Shown: positions 8,342 through 16,381, numbered from the stretch's first letter. The stretch is DNA of 64,000 nt from an uncultured Geobacter sp. (GCA_903902855.1 CAIUWK010000068.1:3363-67362); one strand, 5' to 3'. The notes: a model not told the origin generated them from the letters alone. Made by a program: numbers and translations.

Positions 8342-8638
8342 TCAAAACATATTCCCCTGCTTCCACTTTTCCCGACTCTCCGCCACCAGGTCATACACAT
8401 ATCGCTCGCTCACCCCCACCTCCAAGGCCAACAACCGATGATTACCCCCGGTGAATTTCTCCAAAATCCATTCGTTCTTCGCCGGGAGAAAGAGCTTGTC
8501 AGGATGCTTCAGATACAGATGGACACTCTTCAACTCATTCGCCATCCGCACCGTCGCCTCCATGCCGATAGTCCGGACCAACAGTTGATAATCTTCCGGT
8601 AACTGCTCAATGTTGATCTTGTCGGTCCACGGCATCAC
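8342..8638 (-). CDS. Mor-family transcriptional activator
   Basis: 98 aa. C-terminal HTH LALEVGVSERYVYDLV. Typical size and position (after GemA, before the lysis/late genes). Confidence 0.7.
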   Translation of the reverse strand: MMPWTDKINIEQLPEDYQLLVRTIGMEATVRMANELKSVHLYLKHPDKLFLPAKNEWILEKFTGGNHRLLALEVGVSERYVYDLVAESREKWKQGNMF

Positions 8639-9129
8639 TTATCCCCCATCTTCTTCAATGATTCGATGACATTCGATTTCTCCGCCACGGAGCACCAGGG
8701 GAGAGCATCAAGCCCGGTTTGACGTTTGACGAAGGCCAGCATCGCCGTTGTTGAAGGATCACGGACGATCCCGCAATCATACAACGAGAGCCACATCGCC
8801 CGAATCTTCAGATCCTGCGGTTCATTGCCCACCCGGGGGGATTCACCCTGTAGGGGCGGTTCGCGTAAGGGCGGTTCGCGAACCGCCCCTACAGGACCCG
8901 CCCCGACGGTTTTCGCCCCGACAAGAACAAACCCCTTACGCTGCAATTCCTCGATCAACGCCCCGGCCTGATTGAAGGTCAACTCCTTGCAGCTCTTCGC
9001 CTTGAATCGCTCCTGGAGCATGGTCCGGTAGTCATCATCCGTAATACCCAATTTCCCCTGAGCCATCTTGATCACGGAGATCTGCCCCTTGGTGATAGTC
9101 GACTTGGCGGCGCTCTTATAGTAACTCAT
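8635..9129 (-). CDS. GemA / Mu gp16-like protein (DUF1018) carrying an in-frame REP insertion
   Basis: ISVIKMAQGKLGITDDDYRTMLQERFKAKSCKELTFNQAGALIEELQRKGF is GemA-like. The central VGAGPVGAVREPPLREPPLQGES is encoded by the REP at 8850-8892. Confidence 0.65.
   Translation of the reverse strand: MSYYKSAAKSTITKGQISVIKMAQGKLGITDDDYRTMLQERFKAKSCKELTFNQAGALIEELQRKGFVLVGAKTVGAGPVGAVREPPLREPPLQGESPRVGNEPQDLKIRAMWLSLYDCGIVRDPSTTAMLAFVKRQTGLDALPWCSVAEKSNVIESLKKMGDK
8850..8892. repeat. REP element inside the GemA-like ORF
   Basis: gtaggggcggttcgcgtaagggcggttcgcgaaccgcccctac. Confidence 0.9.
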
Positions 9130-9902
9130 TCCATGGACCTCACTAACTCTCGTAACCGTTCCCGGTTGGCCGCTCGCTCTTCACTGCTGATCTCATTATC
9201 CAACGCCTTTTGCGGCTTGCGTATGGGCATCAACTCCACCAGTTGCGCTGGACCCGGCCACTTGCGCGACTTGGTGAAGAGTTGCCGGAAGGCCGCGGCG
9301 ATCCGGGGCGCGTCCAGATCTTGCACGCTGGCTTTCGGCCTGATCGCCTGCTCCCAGATATCGGCGGTTTTGGTGATGGTATCCGCCGCCGGAGAGTTCT
9401 CCAGGCGCAACGCCAGCAGACCGGCCAGACCGGAAGCAACGGCGATCCTGACCCAATCCCCGCAATGCCACCCATCCAGGCTGTTAATGGCGGCATCGGT
9501 CTTGGAACTGGAAGCTGTTGAACAGTTGAATTGTTGAGGTGTTGAATTGTTCAATCGATTCAACGATTCAACATTTCCACGATTCAACAGCACTTTCTTC
9601 AGGTAATTATGGTTTTTCAGCGGCGCGCCCCCTTTACCCCGGAGCGCCTCCACCGTCTCGGCCATGGCCTCATTCAACGCGCCGCTCCCTGCTCCCTGCT
9701 CGCCGATCGCCAACACCTCCACCGTCAACCGTGTCATCCGGTCCCACGCCAGGGCGCGTTTCTCCGACCGAAACAGCGACAGATAGGCGAACAGAGACGG
9801 CGGAAACTCCCCTTTCATCCCGATCAACCGCCGGGCTTCCTCATCCTGGATGACCGCCTCTATGGAAAACTGCGCATGACAGCACGGGCAATGGAGCATC
9901 AT
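9126..9902 (-). CDS. phage early protein, N-terminal CPCC zinc-finger-like, unknown function
   Basis: 258 aa. Coding-like composition. Contains the in-frame low-complexity stretch NRGNVESLNRLNNSTPQQFNCST, encoded by the TTCAAC repeat array. Confidence 0.5.
   Translation of the reverse strand: MMLHCPCCHAQFSIEAVIQDEEARRLIGMKGEFPPSLFAYLSLFRSEKRALAWDRMTRLTVEVLAIGEQGAGSGALNEAMAETVEALRGKGGAPLKNHNYLKKVLLNRGNVESLNRLNNSTPQQFNCSTASSSKTDAAINSLDGWHCGDWVRIAVASGLAGLLALRLENSPAADTITKTADIWEQAIRPKASVQDLDAPRIAAAFRQLFTKSRKWPGPAQLVELMPIRKPQKALDNEISSEERAANRERLRELVRSME
9514..9591. repeat. inverted 7-8-nt arrays (GTTGAA... / ...TTCAAC) inside an ORF
   Basis: gttgaacagttgaattgttgaggtgttgaattgttcaatcgattcaacgattcaacatttccacgattcaacagc. 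Confidence 0.85.
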
Positions 9903-10252
9903 CCCTTCATCCCCCGTTCCAACTCATTACGGTATCCGTCCCGCTCGGCCCGTGCCTGAGCCAGGGATGCGGTGAGCACCTCATTATCGGCTCTCATCGT
10001 CTCCGCCCGTTGTGCCGCGATAACGTACAACTCAGCGTGCCGTCCGCACGACACGATGAGGTTTTTGTTATCCCGGGTGAGACGCTCCACCTCGGCGGCG
10101 AGAACATCGTACGAGTTCAGAATTCTCTTCATATCTCCGATAGAACACCATGAATTACTCCCGGAAGGGCTCATCCACCAACTATCCGGTGATTCCGGAT
10201 CAATGCGCACGTACGCTTTTTTTCGTGTTTCCATTGCCTCATCAATCGTCAT
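9899..10252 (-). CDS. phage early protein (117 aa), coiled-coil
   Basis: ATG at 10252 with a GGGAGGGA SD. The longer track form starts inside a REP element. Confidence 0.5.
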   Translation of the reverse strand: MTIDEAMETRKKAYVRIDPESPDSWWMSPSGSNSWCSIGDMKRILNSYDVLAAEVERLTRDNKNLIVSCGRHAELYVIAAQRAETMRADNEVLTASLAQARAERDGYRNELERGMKG

Positions 10253-10287
10253 CTCATCCCTCCCACTCAAAACAGCTCTTGTTGTGT

Positions 10288-10325
10288 CGGTTCGCGTAGG
10301 GGCGGTTCGCGAACCGCCCCTGCAG
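10288..10325. repeat. REP element
   Basis: cggttcgcgtaggggcggttcgcgaaccgcccctgcag. Confidence 0.9.
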
Positions 10326-10405
10326 ATGCCCGTTCTTCCGCTTCCGCCCTGGAGATCTTGCACCGATATTCGAGAATAGCGGCCCGCTCCTCCCAGGTGA
10401 TGCGT

Positions 10406-10657
10406 TCATCGCTGGTCATCATTACCAAGGCGGTATTCCCACGTCGGTTGATCGGCGTCCTTCACCCGGCGACAGGCAATGGCGATGCCGTTATCACGGA
10501 TCTCCTTCACCGTGGCCGACACCGCCTGATTGCGCCACCCCCTGGCCGCCGACTTCTCTGCCAGATCCCATGTCGTGTGCCACTGACCATCGGACAGAAT
10601 CGCCATGATGATCTGCAACCGCGTACTGCTGTAGAGTTTTGCAAAATTCCCCGCCAT
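10406..10657 (-). CDS. small winged-helix-like DNA-binding protein
   Basis: 83 aa. TRLQIIMAILSDGQWHTTWDLAEKS resembles a wHTH. Family not identified. Confidence 0.4.
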   Translation of the reverse strand: MAGNFAKLYSSTRLQIIMAILSDGQWHTTWDLAEKSAARGWRNQAVSATVKEIRDNGIAIACRRVKDADQPTWEYRLGNDDQR

Positions 10658-10700
10658 CTCTCATCTCCTCACACAGTGTTGAAGGTTCAAGAGGACTTCC

Positions 10701-10730
10701 GTAGGGGCGACCGGCCGGTCGCCCCTGCAG
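10701..10730. repeat. REP element, variant core
   Basis: gtaggggcgaccggccggtcgcccctgcag. Confidence 0.9.
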
Positions 10731-10738
10731 AAACCCGA

Positions 10739-10767
10739 TCAACATTCAACAACAATTCAACGATTCA
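10739..10767. repeat. 7-nt array TTCAAC type
   Basis: caacattcaacaacaattcaacgattca. Confidence 0.8.
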
Positions 10768-10768
10768 T

Positions 10769-10796
10769 GTACGGGCGGTTCGCGAACCGCCCCTAC
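10769..10796. repeat. REP element overlapping the HU stop codon
   Basis: gtacgggcggttcgcgaaccgcccctac. Confidence 0.9.
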
Positions 10797-11050
10797 ACCG
10801 CCGCCTTGAACACAAACGCCTGCTTCCCCGGAATGGCAAGGGTTTCACCCGTCTTGGGATTCCTCCACGCCCTGGTCGCCCTGGTGACGACCTTGAACGT
10901 CCCGAACCCCTTCAGCGTCACCGGCTCCGTGTGGGCCACCTCCCGGATCAGATCGAAAGCATGGACCAGAGCCTCATCGATCTCCTTCTTCGTGATCGTC
11001 CCGCTGATCATCTGCAACTGTACTTCCTCAACCAACTGTTTCCTGTTCAT
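10793..11050 (-). CDS. HU/IHF-family DNA-binding protein
   Basis: 85 aa. GFGTFKVVTRATRAWRNPKTGETLAIPGKQAFVFKA is the HU beta-arm signature. Confidence 0.85.
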   Translation of the reverse strand: MNRKQLVEEVQLQMISGTITKKEIDEALVHAFDLIREVAHTEPVTLKGFGTFKVVTRATRAWRNPKTGETLAIPGKQAFVFKAAV

Positions 11051-11062
11051 GCGTTATCTCCT

Positions 11063-11224
11063 TTAGTAGTTATCTTGGACTATTTTAAAATCTGACGATG
11101 TCAGCACCTTCCTGGAGCATACGTCGCAAAACGGACAATACACCGTGACTCTCATACCTTCCGGATGCAAATCAATTAGTACTGTGTCGATATCCACATT
11201 CGCCTGACACACCGGGCATTCCAT
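11063..11224 (-). CDS. 53-aa zinc-ribbon mini-protein (below the ORF-track cutoff)
   Basis: My translation: MECPVCQANVDIDTVLIDLHPEGMRVTVYCPFCDVCSRKVLTSSDFKIVQDNY. Two CxxC pairs. Start overlaps the upstream stop (TAATG). Confidence 0.4.
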   Translation of the reverse strand: MECPVCQANVDIDTVLIDLHPEGMRVTVYCPFCDVCSRKVLTSSDFKIVQDNY

Positions 11225-11415
11225 TAGATAAATACCTCCTCAATAAAGATGACTTTTGCCCAGCAGTTGCAAACAGGACAGACAAGATTTTTTCCCGGCT
11301 CAATGGTCCCTGCGCTTGAAAGATAGATTTTCTGCTTTTTATCCTTGGTAAACTTCATGCCGCAGCAACGCGTGCTGTCGCATTTGGCCGTAACCTTGAA
11401 ATACGGTAGTTTCAT
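11224..11415 (-). CDS. 63-aa Cys-rich small protein
   Basis: Contains C-x4-CC and CPVCNC. Start overlaps the upstream gene by 4 nt (11412-11415). Confidence 0.45.
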   Translation of the reverse strand: MKLPYFKVTAKCDSTRCCGMKFTKDKKQKIYLSSAGTIEPGKNLVCPVCNCWAKVIFIEEVFI

Positions 11416-11654
11416 TCCTTCACCTCGCTATCTTCCCTTGCCGCCAGTGCCTTCCCGATAGAGGTTTCATACCCGTAATCTCCCGGTACCCCGAAAGCCC
11501 GAGGCACCGGAGTCCCCTCCAGAATGCGCGCTAGCCCTTTCAATAATTCAACTGCGTCACCGACGATATCATCCGGGTAAAAGTCAACTGTGCCGATATC
11601 TCGTAACTGCTTAGCAGCTTCCCGGACCGCCATTACCATGAGTCGAGTATTCAT
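11412..11654 (-). CDS. phage early protein (80 aa), unknown
   Basis: ORF-track ORF, tightly packed in the early operon. Confidence 0.4.
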   Translation of the reverse strand: MNTRLMVMAVREAAKQLRDIGTVDFYPDDIVGDAVELLKGLARILEGTPVPRAFGVPGDYGYETSIGKALAAREDSEVKE

Positions 11655-11662
11655 AACTCCCC

Positions 11663-12268
11663 CTACGCCGCGATATTCAGATTCAGCTGCTGATAATCCC
11701 CTTTGGCGTCCCGCCGGTAGAACCGGACGTACGCCTTGGAACTCTCCACCTGGATGCTGTCGCTGATAGCCTGCATCGCCTGCTTCCAGGTCTCGTCCTT
11801 GATATCGATCCGGCGCAACGACAGAATCCGCTTGGTGTTGATCCGCCCCGCCTTGTCCACCTGAAAGGCATCATTGATGAGGGTCCGGATCTCCGACCCG
11901 CTGTCTTCCGACCACCGCCGCAGACAGTCGTCAATCAACGCCTTGGCCGCCTGGAGCCGCTCGTCGAACCTCAGGAAATCATCCATGGAGCGCACCAGCT
12001 TGAACTTGCCGTCATAGCTGGTCAGGGTGACGTTGCCTACCTTTCCCCCCAGATTCGCCCCGTACTTCTCGGCGGAGAGCTCCACAAACGCCTGGATATC
12101 CTCCATCACGTTCTTCTTGAACTCCACCAGCAGCTGGGAAATCGTATCCGCCCGTTTCATCAGCTCGATGACCAGGCCGTTTCTCACCAGATCCACCTCC
12201 TTGATCGACGCCACCGGTACCAGCCGTCCCACCCCATCCGCCATGTAACCTGCCACGATCTGCTCCAT
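11663..12268 (-). CDS. DUF3164-family Mu-like phage protein
   Basis: ATG at 12268 with an AAGGAG SD gives a 201-aa protein, the typical size for DUF3164. The 279-aa track form has an R/H/D-rich extension that does not look coding. Confidence 0.6.
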   Translation of the reverse strand: MEQIVAGYMADGVGRLVPVASIKEVDLVRNGLVIELMKRADTISQLLVEFKKNVMEDIQAFVELSAEKYGANLGGKVGNVTLTSYDGKFKLVRSMDDFLRFDERLQAAKALIDDCLRRWSEDSGSEIRTLINDAFQVDKAGRINTKRILSLRRIDIKDETWKQAMQAISDSIQVESSKAYVRFYRRDAKGDYQQLNLNIAA

Positions 12269-12295
12269 CTGTTGCTCCTTGTCGTTGGTAATATC

Positions 12296-12319
12296 GGGCG
12301 CAGCAAGCCGCGCCCCTAC
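12296..12319. repeat. REP-like element, variant and partial
   Basis: cgggcgcagcaagccgcgcccctac, upstream of the DUF3164 start. Confidence 0.6.
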
Positions 12320-12425
12320 GTTAATACCCAAATACCCCGAACGATTGCCCCCGTCAGGATGATGATGACGGTCCCGATGAAGAACCGCCCCACGATCCGC
12401 TCCGTCCTGGTCATCCTCGGCGGGT

Positions 12426-12557
12426 TCATGCAAACGCCTCCGATACCATGTAGGCCAGCCACCCCAGGGCAAAGCCGATGAACATTGCCATGGAGACCGC
12501 AATCATCATGTACCGGGCCAGATGCTCAACATACTGATCTTCGTCGAAATTCTTCAC
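12426..12557 (-). CDS. 43-aa small membrane protein
   Basis: GTG at 12557 with a GGAGGA SD and a GTGA overlap with the upstream mini-ORF. Hydrophobic MMIAVSMAMFIGFALGWLAYMV. Confidence 0.35.
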   Translation of the reverse strand: MKNFDEDQYVEHLARYMMIAVSMAMFIGFALGWLAYMVSEAFA

Positions 12558-12727
12558 ACCATCCTCCCCGGGTAATTCACCTCGCCTCTCTTCCCCCCCC
12601 GCACCGTGAATGCTCCCATCTGCGCCAGGGCGATGTTCAACCGGCAGTTCGCCTTGTAGGCCATGGCCCGTTTCGTCCGGCCGAAGACCCGCCGCCACTT
12701 CAGATGATCAATAATTGCTTGCAACAT
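12554..12727 (-). CDS. 57-aa basic mini-protein (below the ORF-track cutoff)
   Basis: My translation: MLQAIIDHLKWRRVFGRTKRAMAYKANCRLNIALAQMGAFTVRGGKRGEVNYPGRMV. GAGGAG SD 9 nt upstream. Confidence 0.3.
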   Translation of the reverse strand: MLQAIIDHLKWRRVFGRTKRAMAYKANCRLNIALAQMGAFTVRGGKRGEVNYPGRMV

Positions 12728-13268
12728 GGCTCATACTCCTCTCGGTTAGCAGCGGATTCGGTTCCAGCATCCCTTTCAAAAAAGAATGGGGCACAAAGGG
12801 GGGCGGGTTGGTCTGCGGGCCATTCAGCCACTTGGACTGTTTGCGACCGCACGGGCCGCACATCCGGCTGTGACTGTAATACACATGCTTCCCCGTACAA
12901 CCTTCCACACAGCAATCATTGGTCGGGCGCGGGTTTGTAAGCTGCCTCTTCCCCGTATTCCCGCGGGTTACGGCCACCCCCCGCACACTCTCCAGCGGGA
13001 TATCCCGATACCTGGCAAAGTACGTCTCTGCCTGACGTGCCACCCGCCAGCCGCAGATATCACACTTGATTTCATCCTCCACGGCATACCCGGCCCCGTC
13101 GCTGATCATGGTGACGGTATCCCGCCGCAACGGTCCGGAACACTTGGGGCAAACCGGCTTTTTCAATTGAGAATTGACAGTTGATAATTGACAATTGGGG
13201 GTCAATTGTCCCTTGTCCATTGTCAATTGTGCATTGCCGTTCTTGTCCATTGTCACTTGCTGTGTCAT
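12708..13268 (-). CDS. Cys-rich phage early protein (186 aa), unknown
   Basis: GAGAGGGG SD. Several CxxC pairs (CPKC, CDIC, CGPC). The N-terminal MDKNGNAQLTMDKGQLTPNCQLSTVNSQL is encoded by the AATTGAC repeat array. Confidence 0.45.
   Translation of the reverse strand: MTQQVTMDKNGNAQLTMDKGQLTPNCQLSTVNSQLKKPVCPKCSGPLRRDTVTMISDGAGYAVEDEIKCDICGWRVARQAETYFARYRDIPLESVRGVAVTRGNTGKRQLTNPRPTNDCCVEGCTGKHVYYSHSRMCGPCGRKQSKWLNGPQTNPPPFVPHSFLKGMLEPNPLLTERSMSHVASNY
13164..13256. repeat. inverted 7-nt arrays (AATTGAC / GTCAATT type) inside an ORF
   Basis: caattgagaattgacagttgataattgacaattggggg tcaattgtcccttgtccattgtcaattgtgcattg. Confidence 0.85.
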
Positions 13269-13344
13269 AATCCCCTCTCTTGAATTCTTTCCCGTAGTCC
13301 GGCTCCCCTGGTTGCACCCAGAGGGAGCCGTTTTTTACGGTTTT

Positions 13345-13370
13345 TTCACCATTCACCATTCACCATTCAC
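13345..13370. repeat. 7-nt array TTCACCA x3-4
   Basis: ttcaccattcaccattcaccattcac. Confidence 0.9.
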
Positions 13371-13374
13371 GCCT

Positions 13375-14610
13375 TTAAATTGCCCCTACCACTTCCGCCG
13401 TCACCTTCGCCTCCCCCAATTCGCACGCCAGATTCATCGCCCGGGTAGCGTACAGATTCACCGTCAGCGGATACGCCGTGGAAACACTCCGTCCCCGCTC
13501 CCCGGCCACCGTCAGCCGCCGCTGCAACAACGTCATCGCCTCCTCATCAAAGATTGTTTCCACCTTGCCACCCACCAGCCGGATCTTGTGTTCCAGGTAT
13601 TCCCGACAGTTGGTCATCCCGTCGATCCGCGCCACCTGACAGCGCCGGATCACCTCCCGCATCTCCGGATGGAACCGTTCATCCAGCAGATCCCCCAGCT
13701 CCGTTTGACCGATGAGGATGATGCTGATCAGCTTCCGGTACCCCGTGGTGTCCTCCAGCTCGTAGATCTGTTTCAGCGTCTTGAAGGCCGCCACATTCAG
13801 CCGGTGAGCCTCTTCGATGATCAGGCAGCAGCGCGTCCCCTGTTGACTCCGTTCCAGCAGCAGCCGCTTCACCTGCCGGGCCTTGTGCTCGTGCTTCACC
13901 CGCGGCTTCTCGCTGCTGATATCCATGATGATGGCGTCACACAACGATGCCGACGTGATCTTGTCCTTGTCCAGGATCTCCGGATAGACCACCTGAATAT
14001 CCCCTTCCCGCCGGAGCTGCTCCACCACCAGCTTCCGCATGGTGCTCTTGCCGCTCCCCACTTCCCCCACCACGGACAGAAAGCCGCTGTGCATGGCCGA
14101 ATCCATCATGGCCGCCTCGATATAGCGGTGATCATCATCCTTGTAAATGTCCGACGCCTTCTGCACATCGTTGATAAACGGCGACCGAAACAGCTTAAAA
14201 TGCTTCATTGCCCTGGGGTCCAGCATCTCCACCACCTCCACACTCTCTATTTTTTCCGGATCTCCCGGTTGCATCGCCCGTACCGTAGGCGCCCGATGAT
14301 CATGACACCCCACGGGATGAACCCTGTGCCGTGCTTCATCGGCCTTGTTCCAGATATCGACAATCTTCAGATGACGCTCCGTCAGCCACGCCGTCACCTC
14401 GGCGTTTTCGGCAAGAACACTCTGCAATTTTTCCTTGAAACCGCGAATGCTGGGGGGGATTACCCCCCGGTTAACGCAGAGGTTAATAGTTGCCCGGGAA
14501 ACCCCCATCGCATCGGCGATACTCTTTTGCAGAATGGCGCACTCCAGGATCAGGTGTTTCAGGATGATCGGCGCAATCTCCAGATCATAGACTTTCGTAT
14601 GGTGTGTCAT
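13375..14610 (-). CDS. MuB-like AAA+ transposition helper ATPase (ExeA/TniB-like) with N-terminal HTH
   Basis: Walker A GEVGSGKST and Walker B CCLIIEEAH. N-terminal HTH ADAMGVSRATINLCV. Start overlaps the transposase stop by 4 nt (14607-14610). Confidence 0.8.
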   Translation of the reverse strand: MTHHTKVYDLEIAPIILKHLILECAILQKSIADAMGVSRATINLCVNRGVIPPSIRGFKEKLQSVLAENAEVTAWLTERHLKIVDIWNKADEARHRVHPVGCHDHRAPTVRAMQPGDPEKIESVEVVEMLDPRAMKHFKLFRSPFINDVQKASDIYKDDDHRYIEAAMMDSAMHSGFLSVVGEVGSGKSTMRKLVVEQLRREGDIQVVYPEILDKDKITSASLCDAIIMDISSEKPRVKHEHKARQVKRLLLERSQQGTRCCLIIEEAHRLNVAAFKTLKQIYELEDTTGYRKLISIILIGQTELGDLLDERFHPEMREVIRRCQVARIDGMTNCREYLEHKIRLVGGKVETIFDEEAMTLLQRRLTVAGERGRSVSTAYPLTVNLYATRAMNLACELGEAKVTAEVVGAI

Positions 14611-16358
14611 CGCATCCCCCCCGCCGCCTGTAGGGACGGTTCGCGAATCGCCCTTACATTATCCGCCCCTACGGTCACCGGTTCCGGCAACGCCCTCCCG
14701 GCGGCAATGGCCGCAACCACCTCACCCACCAGCCGATTATCAATAGTCTCTCCGTACTTTGCCCGCAGATCCTTGTTCAAAGCCGGCGTCATGGTCACCC
14801 CATCCGCCAAAAGCGCTTTGAACAGCAACACAATGGGGACTTCCGTGGTCACCACACTGCGGGAAATCTCCGCCACCGTCCCCACCTTGGGAAACGCCAC
14901 CACATTCCCCATCTTATCCTCGAACCCTTCAAAGGCATTGAGCCCGGTGAACGGCGCCACCTTCCCGGTTCGCTGCTGCTTGGAACTGAGCGTAGTCGAA
15001 GCGCCGTAAGCGATATCTTCCAACTTCTTCACCGCCGTCTGCGTCGTCGTATCCTTGTGCGACTTGAACGCCTCGCCGATAACCACCGAATCCGCCCGAA
15101 AGCCCCCCAGTTCCGGCGCCAGCTTGCCGATCTCCTTCACCTCGAACAACCGGTTGTCATACCCCACCACCACGATCCCTTCCTTCCACTTGAACAGGTT
15201 CTTGATCACCTTCACCTTGGTCCCGTGGGGGATATTGGCATGCGCCAGATTGAATTCCTTCCCCTGGAAGCTGATCCGGTGACTGTTCACCGTCCGCTCC
15301 TCCTCCGGCCGGTTCAGCAGGTCGCACAGTTCGGCCCGATCCGGCAGAATCCGGAGCTGCTCCTTATTGATGGTCAGCCAGCAGACCAGCCGGGTCATCT
15401 TGGTCCGGCTATGCTCCCGCGAAGCGTTGAACCAAATGCAAAAGCCCCGCGCCTTCCGGTTCAGATCCTCCATCCCCGTGGCCGGATCGAACCGGAGCCG
15501 CGTCTCGAACCACTTCTCCCAGATGTTATGGGTGACTTCCACGCTCCCCTGTCGCCGGCTGTTCCCCGGATTCCCCGGCAGGATGTTGATCTCCAAGCCA
15601 TCCCAGAACCCCATCCCCATGGCCTTCGCCTTGGCCCGACTCCCGCCGTCCATGAGCATGGTTTTCGGCACTCCCTGGAAGGGGAAGTTTTGTTCCGCTT
15701 TCGCCTCCCAGGCGCAGCAACTGAAGTCGAACAGGTTCTCCGCCGTCTCCCCGGCTGCCAGATAATACTTGACGAAAAAGAAGCCGCTGAAATGGTCGGT
15801 CATGATGTACCGCTGCAACGGCTCCTTGATCTTCTTGAAGTTTTCAATCTTGTTCTTGTAGAACTCATCTTCCCGCATGATCTGCATGCCGCCTTCGTTC
15901 AGGTAATACTGAATGCAGGTGGAGACATCCACCAAGTGGCAGTGATTGGGGTGGAGCGACCGGAGCGAGACATGGGGGGTCGGGTTATTCAGCCGTTTCG
16001 AGTCCATCTCCAACTGCCGCAGCTGCTTCTGCACCGTCTCCACGCTGGCCTCGCCCCGGAGCATGATGTTGTTATCGATGGCGAACTCCATGGCGTTTTC
16101 CACCGGCATAAAAGCCCCCTTATTCTCCCGGCGACTGGCCCAGATCGCCGAAGCGATAAACTCGGCGGTTTCCAGCTTCAGACCGCCATTCCCCTTATCC
16201 GCTCGCTCCTTGCGCTCCAGGGCAAAGCCGTGATCCTTGGCGATGCGGTACAACGTAGAAGAAGAAAGACCTCGTAACCCCTGATACCGGGCGATAATTC
16301 CCGCTCGTTCCCGCGCCGGCGCTTCATTCAATTCCCAGGCTAATTCCCGTTGCCACAT
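14607..16358 (-). CDS. Mu-type DDE transposase (MuA-like)
   Basis: 583 aa. N-terminal HTH (SSSTLYRIAKDHG). Candidate DDE residues in HLVDVS, LMDGGS and GSVEVTHN with DD(35)E-like spacing. Followed by the MuB-like gene. Confidence 0.85.
   Translation of the reverse strand: MWQRELAWELNEAPARERAGIIARYQGLRGLSSSTLYRIAKDHGFALERKERADKGNGGLKLETAEFIASAIWASRRENKGAFMPVENAMEFAIDNNIMLRGEASVETVQKQLRQLEMDSKRLNNPTPHVSLRSLHPNHCHLVDVSTCIQYYLNEGGMQIMREDEFYKNKIENFKKIKEPLQRYIMTDHFSGFFFVKYYLAAGETAENLFDFSCCAWEAKAEQNFPFQGVPKTMLMDGGSRAKAKAMGMGFWDGLEINILPGNPGNSRRQGSVEVTHNIWEKWFETRLRFDPATGMEDLNRKARGFCIWFNASREHSRTKMTRLVCWLTINKEQLRILPDRAELCDLLNRPEEERTVNSHRISFQGKEFNLAHANIPHGTKVKVIKNLFKWKEGIVVVGYDNRLFEVKEIGKLAPELGGFRADSVVIGEAFKSHKDTTTQTAVKKLEDIAYGASTTLSSKQQRTGKVAPFTGLNAFEGFEDKMGNVVAFPKVGTVAEISRSVVTTEVPIVLLFKALLADGVTMTPALNKDLRAKYGETIDNRLVGEVVAAIAAGRALPEPVTVGADNVRAIREPSLQAAGGMR
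14630..14672. repeat. REP element inside the 3' end of the transposase gene
   Basis: gtagggacggttcgcgaatcgcccttac followed by attatccgcccctac. Confidence 0.8.
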
Positions 16359-16381
16359 ACCGCACCCCCTAAAAACAATCC

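Noticed and set aside
7881-8366. 161-aa form of the ORF downstream of Mor
   Set aside because: The upstream 90 codons lack an SD and look non-coding. The internal ATG at 8096 has an AAGGAGA SD, so only the 71-aa form is kept.
11663-12502. 279-aa form of the DUF3164-like ORF, and the 90-aa ORF at 12426-12698
   Set aside because: The N-terminal extensions are R/H/D/G-rich and overlap better-supported small ORFs in other frames. Internal starts with SD sequences are preferred.
13195-15009. 604-aa plus-strand ORF covering the MuB-like and transposase genes
   Set aside because: It is antisense to two ORFs with clear family motifs (Walker A/B, DDE). Its P/R/H/L-rich composition is typical of shadow frames in GC-rich DNA.
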